In this document: positions 29,344-36,287 of the stretch, piece by piece
Layout: each line of letters begins with the position of its first letter
Numbering within the stretch: the first letter of the stretch is position 1
NCBI GenBank assembly: GCA_963752035.1
Contig: CAVVWZ010000088.1
Span: forward strand, 1-48,858
Direction of reading: 5' to 3'
Length of the DNA stretch: 48,858 nucleotides
DNA from: an uncultured delta proteobacterium
GTDB taxonomy: Bacteria > Desulfobacterota > WTBG01
Translations under genes and position numbers: made by a program
The notes under the pieces: model-generated
Seen by the model: the letters and a program-made list of their open reading frames with translations, nothing else
What the model was told of the DNA's origin: nothing
The model's database searches: none

Positions 29344-29790
29344 GTGCCCGGGAGGGATTTCCCGGGATTCCTGGAAGAACACTATCCTCAACGGGAGTGG
29401 GCTCTTCTTTCGGCTGAAAGCAGGCCCCATGAATCTGAGCTGGGGAAAAGGTTAGAGACATTTACCGTCAGGGGCTATGAGACTGTCGTAATAACTGACA
29501 ACATGGTTGGGTTCTGTCTTGCGAATAAGGGGGTGGAAGGTGTTTTTCTCTACTACCAGCGGATGGCTGATGACGGGGCGCTGTGCCAGGGAGGTTCACT
29601 CCTCATTGCGGTTCTAGCTCAGGAACTTGGTATTCCCTGTAACCTTTCACCGACGGATTTTGATCCGGAAACAGCGGACATAAGCAGTGACCTCAGTTTT
29701 GCGGGAGATGTCCTTGCCACCGGAGGGGTTAAGAGCTATGTGCCCCGGGTAGACACGGTGCCGATGAACTACATTTCGAAGGTGTGGTAA
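29344..29790 (+). CDS. small paralog of the C-terminal half of MtnA/eIF-2B-fold isomerases, apparently non-catalytic
   Basis: ESRPHESELGKRLETFTVRGYETVVITDNMVGFCLANKGVEGVFLYYQRMADDGALCQGGSLLIAVLAQELGIPCNL aligns by eye to [34 protein letters not shown]...[34 protein letters not shown] of the neighbouring full-length gene. The Asp of GxDR is replaced (YYQRMA). The start codon is uncertain. Confidence 0.5.
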   Translation: MPGRDFPGFLEEHYPQREWALLSAESRPHESELGKRLETFTVRGYETVVITDNMVGFCLANKGVEGVFLYYQRMADDGALCQGGSLLIAVLAQELGIPCNLSPTDFDPETADISSDLSFAGDVLATGGVKSYVPRVDTVPMNYISKVW

Positions 29791-29835
29791 AAATAGGAGC
29801 CAGAAGACAGGAGTCAGAAATCAGAATAAAAAAAT

Positions 29836-29928
29836 GAACGTCCAACATCGAATGTTGAATGAAAAGAAAATAAGAATGACGAATGACGAACAATCGAGTG
29901 ACGAATGACGAATGAAAAAACAGGAGTG
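29836..29928 (+). repeat. post-stop purine-rich repeat, copy B
   Basis: GAACGTCCAACATCGAATGTTGAATGAAAAGAAAATAAGAATGACGAATGACGAACAATCGAGTGACGAATGACGAATGAAAAAACAGGAGTG. It lies 46 nt after the 29790 stop and forms a direct repeat with copy A. Confidence 0.8.
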
Positions 29929-30146
29929 ATGCAAGAATAGGTTACATTTTAAGGCTGGCAAGTAACAAATCATGTTAAGTTGGTTACATTAGTATATGGA
30001 AATGGTTTAGCCTCACTTTTCTTTGAGTACTGTTGGCTTAAGTTAACCAATAGAACAATTCAACGTAATTTCAACCAATAAAACAATTGAGCTATTTCAT
30101 CTCCGTTTTAATTCTGACTCTGAATTCTGTCTCCTGGAGAAAGGCT

Positions 30147-31154
30147 ATGGATGCTAAAAAAATAAAGCAGTTACAGGAAGAAATCATAAGGGTAGGCAGG
30201 GAAGCATACCAGCGGGGCCTTATCGTTGCACGGGGTGGCAATATAAGTGCCAGGTTGAGTGGGGAGGAGTTTTTAATGACTGCCCACACTGCTGCACTCG
30301 GTTTCCTCACCCCCGATGATTTTGTGACAGTGGACCTCAACGGTCAGGTAGTTAAGGGGGACGGTAAACCCTCCACAGAGACAAAACTCCATACAGCCAT
30401 TTATCGGGATACCGAAGCGGGGGCAGTCGTGCATCTTCATCCCCCCTATACGAACGTCCTGGCTGTCAGAGGAGTTGAACTAAAACCGATGACCTTTGAA
30501 TCCTCTCTTTTCCTGGGGCCTACCACACCTACGGTTGCCCAGGACAGTCCTTCTGTCACCAGGCTTGATGGTGTGATCGAGGCCTTAAACTTGAGCAACA
30601 TCATTATTCTTAAAGAGCATGGGACAGTAGCGGTGGGAGACAACCTCTGGGATGCATTTTTTCTTACCGAGATTTTAGAAGAAGCGGCTTTGATGTCTTA
30701 TGTAGATAAAACACTCGGGGTGTCTACACCGGAGAAACAGGAAAATAAACTGCCTGCAAAAGACGAGACATCGGTGACCTATGCTGTTTTCTCCAAAGAA
30801 CACATTGATAAGATTGTAACTCTTGTCAACCAGGATGAGGAGGCCCAGCGTCTCGGCAAGTCCACCCACTTAACCGTCAACTATGCCATTAAGCTGACTG
30901 ATACCAGTCAAGTGTACAACTTTCATTTTCAAGAGGGCACGATTGTCAAGGTGAGTAATGATGAAGATGCCGATTTTATCCTTGCGGGTAAACGGAAGCA
31001 GTGGATAGCTGTATTTAATGGGCTGATTGATCCCTTTGCTGCTACTACGCAAAAAAAACTTAAGCTGCAGAAGGGAAGTTTAGGAGACCTGTCCAAGTGG
31101 TATCCTCCTTTTTACAGAGTCTTTGCACTCTGGAAATATGCTCCTGTTGAGTGA
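30147..31154 (+). CDS. class II aldolase/adducin-domain protein fused to a C-terminal SCP2-like lipid-binding domain
   Basis: Track ORF 30087..31154, with an ATG at 30147 (MDAKKIKQLQEEIIRVGREAYQRGLIVARGGNISARL). Aldolase signatures are STETKLH, VVHLHPPY and KEHGTVAVG. The last roughly 120 aa (ADFILAGKRKQWIAVFNGLIDPFAATTQKKLKLQKGSLGDLSKW) look like an SCP2/sterol-carrier fold. Confidence 0.82.
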   Translation: MDAKKIKQLQEEIIRVGREAYQRGLIVARGGNISARLSGEEFLMTAHTAALGFLTPDDFVTVDLNGQVVKGDGKPSTETKLHTAIYRDTEAGAVVHLHPPYTNVLAVRGVELKPMTFESSLFLGPTTPTVAQDSPSVTRLDGVIEALNLSNIIILKEHGTVAVGDNLWDAFFLTEILEEAALMSYVDKTLGVSTPEKQENKLPAKDETSVTYAVFSKEHIDKIVTLVNQDEEAQRLGKSTHLTVNYAIKLTDTSQVYNFHFQEGTIVKVSNDEDADFILAGKRKQWIAVFNGLIDPFAATTQKKLKLQKGSLGDLSKWYPPFYRVFALWKYAPVE

Positions 31155-31168
31155 GGGAAAAGATAGTT

Positions 31169-32662
31169 ATGGCTGGTACTGACTATAAAATGTGGATTGG
31201 TGGTGAGTGGTGCGAAAGTGCGTCGAAAGCATCTATTGACAGTATCAATCCCGCCACTTCAGAGGTGCTTGGCAGCATCCCCCGGGGTGGGGAAGCTGAT
31301 GCTCACAAGGCAGTACAGGCTGCCCGGGCTGCATTTGATCAGGGTGAGTGGCCCCGGATGAGCTACCAGGACCGGGGCGACGTCTTACGGCAGATTGCCC
31401 AGCTTGTAAGGGAAAAGGCAAGTGACCTTGCGAGGTTGGAGACACTGGACAATGGCAAGTCCATCAAAGAGAGTACTCTTATCGATATTCCTACCGCGGC
31501 CGATACCTTTGAGAGTTTTGCCGGCATGGCTGGTGAGCTTAAAGGGGAGACCATTCCCGTTACCGCACCGGCAGTGAGCTATACACGCTACGAGCCGATC
31601 GGTGTTGCTGCCCAGATTATACCCTGGAATTACCCGCTGCTCATGGCGGCCTGGAAACTGGCACCTGCCCTTATCACGGGAAATACGGTTGTGCTGAAGC
31701 CTTCCACCCTTACTTCCCTCACCGCCCTGGAACTGGCTAAGCTGATGGACGAAACCGATCTTCCACAGGGGGTGGTGAATGTTGTTACCGGCCCGGGTTC
31801 GGAAATTGGCACGGCATTAGCTACCAGTCAGCAGGTTGATAAGATTGCCTTGACGGGGAGTACCGAGACAGGGCGGAAGGTTATGGGCCTTGCCGCTTCC
31901 AACATGAAAAAGATAACCCTGGAGCTGGGGGGGAAATCTCCCACCATCGTCTTGAAGGATGCTGACCTGGAGGCTGCTCTCAATGGGACACTGGCAACAA
32001 TCTTTCTCAACCAGGGACAGATGTGCGTGGCGGGTTCCCGGTTACTGGTCCAGGAGGATATTCACGAAGAGTTCGTTCAAAGATTAGTGGCCAAAACAGA
32101 GAAGATTAAACTGGGTAATGGTCTTGATCCGGAGACCACCATGGGACCCCTCATTTCTAAAGAGCATCGGGCAAAGGTGTTGAACTATATTTCCACGGGC
32201 ATAGAAGAAGGGGCACAGCTGGTTGCCGGGGGAAAGGTTCCTGAAGGTGAGGCATTTGAGAAGGGATTTTTCCTTGAGCCTACTATCTTTGATAAGGTTG
32301 ACAACAGTATGGAAATAGCGCAGGAAGAGATCTTCGGACCGGTGCTTTCAGTGCTCACCTTTGCAACTCTGGATGAGGCTGTTAGCCTGGCAAATGCCAC
32401 CCGCTACGGATTGGCAGGGAGTGTCTGGACAAAAGACCTCTATCAGGCCAACTACATTGCTGAACGTGTGCGGGCCGGTACCATCTGGATTAATACCTAC
32501 GGTAGCTTCTTCAATGAGGTGCCATTCGGGGGTTATAAGGAAAGTGGCCTGGGGAGAGAACTGGGAAAGGCGGGTCTTAAGGAATATACCGAACTGAAGA
32601 GTATTACCATGGACATGTCACCAGGTCAACGGTCGTTAATAACAAAGTGGTATGGATTGTAA
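31169..32662 (+). CDS. NAD(P)-dependent aldehyde dehydrogenase
   Basis: Track ORF 31151..32662, with a likely ATG at 31169. It has the classical ALDH motifs (IIPWNYPLLMAAWKLAPAL, ITLELGGKSP, QGQMCVAGSR, EEIFGPV). The upstream reading frame overlaps the aldolase stop. Confidence 0.9.
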   Translation: MAGTDYKMWIGGEWCESASKASIDSINPATSEVLGSIPRGGEADAHKAVQAARAAFDQGEWPRMSYQDRGDVLRQIAQLVREKASDLARLETLDNGKSIKESTLIDIPTAADTFESFAGMAGELKGETIPVTAPAVSYTRYEPIGVAAQIIPWNYPLLMAAWKLAPALITGNTVVLKPSTLTSLTALELAKLMDETDLPQGVVNVVTGPGSEIGTALATSQQVDKIALTGSTETGRKVMGLAASNMKKITLELGGKSPTIVLKDADLEAALNGTLATIFLNQGQMCVAGSRLLVQEDIHEEFVQRLVAKTEKIKLGNGLDPETTMGPLISKEHRAKVLNYISTGIEEGAQLVAGGKVPEGEAFEKGFFLEPTIFDKVDNSMEIAQEEIFGPVLSVLTFATLDEAVSLANATRYGLAGSVWTKDLYQANYIAERVRAGTIWINTYGSFFNEVPFGGYKESGLGRELGKAGLKEYTELKSITMDMSPGQRSLITKWYGL

Positions 32663-32877
32663 AAACCAGCAGAGTGACAAAGGCACAGAAGGCACAAAAG
32701 AGGGAGCAATTCCCACTCCTTAGAGTTTGTCTTAGTGAAACTTCGTGATTTAGTTTTTGATTGTTTGGCATTTGAAATTTGTATGTTTTTCGTACTTTTC
32801 GATGCTATCGTAGTTAGAGTTTTTGAGTTTACTCATTTTAGGCAATTTAGAAATTATTCTTGATAAAGGAGAGGTTT

Positions 32878-34314
32878 ATGAAACAGTGCCGTATTTTTCT
32901 AGTAGTGAGTGTGTTCCTTTTTCTGTCTGTTTTGCTGGTTAGCATCCCTGTGCATGCTTCACTGCTTGATGGTGAGAAGTTTACGCTTTCAGGATTCCTG
33001 AAAAACGCAACTTCCATAAACTCGAGCAGCGCAGACAACATGGATCAATTCTTGAAGATCCGGAATACTGCCCAACTGGAACTGGAGTATCAATTCACGG
33101 ATAATTTCCATTTCTTTACCATTGTGAGGGGTTGGTATGACAGCGCTTATGATGCTGAGAGTAAATGGCGCAAGGGTGACAACCGGAAGAAAATGAGTCG
33201 TGTGAGAGGAACGGACTGGCTGAGAGAGTGTTATGTCGACTACTATTCTGAAACACTGGACATTCGGGTAGGAAAACAGCAGGTGGTCTGGGGCACTGCG
33301 GACGGGGTGAAGATTCTGGATATTATCAACCCAATAGACTATCGTGAATTTAGCCTTGAAATCAACAGGGGACTTGATGCTGATGTTAAAATTCCCCTCT
33401 GGATGACCAAGGTAGAGTATGCTCCCACGGTGAACGGGACACTTCAGCTCCTGATCATTCCTGATTATGAAACAAATTTCCTTGCACCTCCCGGTGCCCC
33501 CTATACGGCCCGGGCAACAAATTCTGGTGATATGCAGCTGGATGTATTGAGAGATTTTGGAGCAGGGGTCAATATTGCAAATAAGAAACCGGGGAGAAGC
33601 CTTGACAACACGAAGATTGCTCTGAGATGGCTGGATGTTATAAAGGGATTTGAGTACACCCTCAATTATTTCCATGGTTACAGCTATGCACCATCACGGT
33701 ATTTCATAGGTATTGAACCTTTTGGGATACCCTTTTTGCCGGGTGCTGAAGCCTACTTTGAGGACAGGTATCCACAGACGGAAACTGTGGGGTTCTCGTT
33801 TTCAAAGGCAATGACCAAGGGGTTCCTGAGAGGATATAACTTCAGGGGTGAATTTGCCTGGGTCCACAACAGTACTTCCGGGTATGGGACGAGAGACAAC
33901 CAGGTTGGGGTGGCAAAGGTTGATCAGTACAACTACGTGCTGGGCATTGATAAGTATTACTGGACCAATTGGCTCTTTAGCTTTCAGTTCATACAATTCT
34001 GTCTGGAGAGAGATACGGAGGATGGATACGATTATATTTCAGGTCCAACCTTCAATACGGTTGATCAGTTTGAGACCATTTTGAGTCTCAAGATTGCGAC
34101 CGATTTCATGCATGAACGGTTAAAACCGGGGATTCTTACCCAGTGGGGTGCCAATAATAACGACTGGTCATTAAACCCCAGGGTGGAATTCGAACTGCGG
34201 GACTACCTGATTCTCACCTGGGGGATGAACGCCTTCTGGGGACCCAGTGACAGCCTGTTTGGATACTTTAGAACCAGGGATTCCATGTACTTGGAGGTGA
34301 AGCTTGGATTTTAA
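32878..34314 (+). CDS. outer-membrane beta-barrel-type protein, DUF1302-like
   Basis: The ATG at 32878 follows an AAGGAGAGG RBS, and there is a signal peptide (MKQCRIFLVVSVFLFLSVLLVSIPVHAS). RECYVDYYSETLDIRVGKQQVVWGTADGVKILDIINPIDYREF matches the remembered DUF1302 signature. The C-terminus is aromatic (LGF). Confidence 0.72.
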   Translation: MKQCRIFLVVSVFLFLSVLLVSIPVHASLLDGEKFTLSGFLKNATSINSSSADNMDQFLKIRNTAQLELEYQFTDNFHFFTIVRGWYDSAYDAESKWRKGDNRKKMSRVRGTDWLRECYVDYYSETLDIRVGKQQVVWGTADGVKILDIINPIDYREFSLEINRGLDADVKIPLWMTKVEYAPTVNGTLQLLIIPDYETNFLAPPGAPYTARATNSGDMQLDVLRDFGAGVNIANKKPGRSLDNTKIALRWLDVIKGFEYTLNYFHGYSYAPSRYFIGIEPFGIPFLPGAEAYFEDRYPQTETVGFSFSKAMTKGFLRGYNFRGEFAWVHNSTSGYGTRDNQVGVAKVDQYNYVLGIDKYYWTNWLFSFQFIQFCLERDTEDGYDYISGPTFNTVDQFETILSLKIATDFMHERLKPGILTQWGANNNDWSLNPRVEFELRDYLILTWGMNAFWGPSDSLFGYFRTRDSMYLEVKLGF

Positions 34315-34359
34315 CCATCATGCAGACAGTGCAGTAATTATATTTATTCTTTAGATTGC

Positions 34360-34398
34360 AGAAGGGCCCCGCTTAAATTGGTGGGGCCCTTCTTGTTT
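34360..34398 (+). terminator. Rho-independent terminator hairpin of the 23068-34314 cluster, and target site of the intron
   Basis: An 11-bp GC-rich stem pairs AGAAGGGCCCC (34360-34370) with GGGGCCCTTCT (34383-34393) around a 12-nt loop. A TGTTT tract follows, immediately before the intron 5' GTGCG. Confidence 0.75.
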
Positions 34399-35004
34399 GT
34401 GCGCCCGGCAGGGCGCACCTACTTGGAGGTGCAAGTCCTCTACCGACCCGACAGGGGGAACGGTTAGCTTAACGGCAAGGGTGTCCATCGTGAGGTGGAA
34501 TCTGAAGGAAGCCGCAGGCAAAGCGCTGGCCTGACGAACAGGAATCGTATATGAGGCTGTTACGCTGGATGAGGAGGCAAATATCTCTAAAGTCCAATAC
34601 CTGTACGGAGAGCGTGGCAGTATATACGGCAGGTATAAGCGTGAAGGTGGGTGCGCATTACCCGGGGAGATCTGTCAATCAGCCTTGTGCTACGGTCATC
34701 GAGAGGTGACAGGATAGATTGGCAGAAGTCAGCAGAGGGCATAGTAGGTTCAAGTAATTGAGCTGAAGGCCTGAACCTGGTGCTTATGTATTGGATCGCT
34801 TTTCCGAGTGTTTTGAGCAGATGCCTCGAAAGGGGGCCTAAAGCTGGAAGTAACGGACGGAATCTGTGAGGTAAGGCTGGGCGCTTATAGAACACCGGGC
34901 ACTGAGGTCAATGATAATACATTGCAACAGGAACCGCCGTATACGTGATCCGTACGTACGGTGGTGTGGGAGGACGGAGGGGGTAACCCCTCCTCCTACC
35001 CGAT
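34399..35004 (+). mobile_element. group II intron RNA, class C (IIC), ORF-less (no reverse transcriptase in domain IV)
   Basis: The 5' end is GTGCGCCCGGCA. Long stretches match my memory of the Oceanobacillus IIC ribozyme (GTTAGCTTAACGGCAAGGGTGTCC, GGAATCTGAAGGAAGC, TATGAGGCT, TTACCCGGGGAG, CAGAAGTCAGCAGA). Domain V lies at 34934-34964 (8 bp, 2-nt bulge, 4 bp). Domain VI lies at 34968-35001 with a GTAA tetraloop and a bulged A at 34998, 7 nt from the 3' end, which reads ...CCCGAT. Total length is 606 nt, with no ORF that looks real. Confidence 0.88.
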
Positions 35005-35031
35005 ATGGTTGCATGTGAGGCTAAAATTATT

Positions 35032-36276
35032 TTACGCAGATGCTTTTTCTCCTGCAAGATAGCCGGTAGAGAAAGCCTGCTGGAGGTTATATCCACCGCT
35101 CTTGCCACAGCCATCAATTATTTCTCCGGCAAAATACAATCCGGGTACCACCCGTGACTCCATGGTCTTAGAGTAAATCTCTTTTGTTGCTATGCCCCCG
35201 TTTGTAACCATGGCCTCCTCTACAGAGAGGGAACCTGTTACCGTTAAGGGGAAGAACTTTAATAAGCCTGCAATCAGCAACCTTTCTTTTTTAGTAATTT
35301 GATTTACTCGTTTGCACATTTCGATATTCAGCACCTGCATAAACACAGAAACCAGCCGTTGAGATAAAAATTTTCTTATAACAGTTTTTATCTGGAGATT
35401 CCGCCTCGTGGTACATTCACTCAGCAATTGTGCCTGCAGCTGTTCATGGTTCACCCCGGGAATAAAATCAATGGAAAGCACTAGTTTTTCACTATCTCCC
35501 AATGCAGATACAACCGTTGAGCTTACATCTAAAACTAAAGGCCCTGAAATCCCATAATGGGTAAACAGTAATTCTCCTTTCGGGGAGACAGTTTTTTTAC
35601 TACCACATTTTATGGTAATACAGACATCATTTAGGGAAAGTCCCTGTAATTGTTTGATCCAAGGCTCTTTTATTCTCAAAGGTATAAGTGCCGGTCTCAA
35701 ATCAACAACGGTATGACCCAGTGTTTCGGCAATGCGGAAGCCATCACCTGATGATCCTGTTTTCTTATAGGATACCCCGCCTGTCGCTAAGATAACTTTT
35801 TCGGCGCAGATCATAGTGTTGTTGCCTCGATCTAATGCCAATTGAAATAAGCCATCCTTTCTTTCCAGCTTGACAACACGCCCACTGTATAAGATTTTAA
35901 CTTTATTCTTTACCAGGTATTCCCCTAAGACACGTACCACAGAAAACGCCTTATTGGTAACAGGGAACACCCTTCCCCTATCTTCTGTAGTAAAGTTGAG
36001 TCCTTGTGCTTCAAAAAACTGAATGAGGCTATGATTGCGGAAGGCATAAAACGCGGGCTTTAAAAACATGCCTTGTTTGCCGAAATTTTTTATAAATACC
36101 TCAATGGGGGAGGTATTGGTTATGTTGCACCTCCCGTTGCCGGTAAGCAAAATCTTTTTACCAATAACACCATTTCTTTCAATTACTATTACGTTTTTCT
36201 TAAGCTGGCTCGAGCGTATTGCAGCCATACTGCCTGCTGGACCAGCTCCAACCACGGCAACATCAAAAATATCCAT
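35032..36276 (-). CDS. HI0933-family NAD(P)/FAD-dependent flavoprotein
   Basis: 414 aa. It has DVAVVGAGPAGSMAAI, then LLTGNGRCNITN, and a C-terminal GGYNLQQAFSTG. This is a typical HI0933-like (BaiN-type) layout. Confidence 0.88.
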   Translation of the reverse strand: MDIFDVAVVGAGPAGSMAAIRSSQLKKNVIVIERNGVIGKKILLTGNGRCNITNTSPIEVFIKNFGKQGMFLKPAFYAFRNHSLIQFFEAQGLNFTTEDRGRVFPVTNKAFSVVRVLGEYLVKNKVKILYSGRVVKLERKDGLFQLALDRGNNTMICAEKVILATGGVSYKKTGSSGDGFRIAETLGHTVVDLRPALIPLRIKEPWIKQLQGLSLNDVCITIKCGSKKTVSPKGELLFTHYGISGPLVLDVSSTVVSALGDSEKLVLSIDFIPGVNHEQLQAQLLSECTTRRNLQIKTVIRKFLSQRLVSVFMQVLNIEMCKRVNQITKKERLLIAGLLKFFPLTVTGSLSVEEAMVTNGGIATKEIYSKTMESRVVPGLYFAGEIIDGCGKSGGYNLQQAFSTGYLAGEKASA

Positions 36277-36287
36277 CCGGTAGATCT

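Noticed and set aside
29273-29455. 60-aa ORF overlapping the start of the half-MtnA ORF
   Set aside because: It has no RBS, resembles no family and has a basic low-complexity composition. It probably reflects the uncertain 5' boundary of the 29344..29790 gene.
32989-33675. 228-aa minus-strand ORF
   Set aside because: It is antisense to the DUF1302-like outer-membrane gene, which has a signal peptide, an RBS and a family signature. No independent support exists.
34587-35117. ORFs 34587..34895 and 34908..35117 as possible intron-encoded proteins
   Set aside because: They are on the strand opposite to the intron RNA. They overlap conserved ribozyme domains (I, V, VI) and show no reverse-transcriptase or maturase motifs. 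The intron is called ORF-less.
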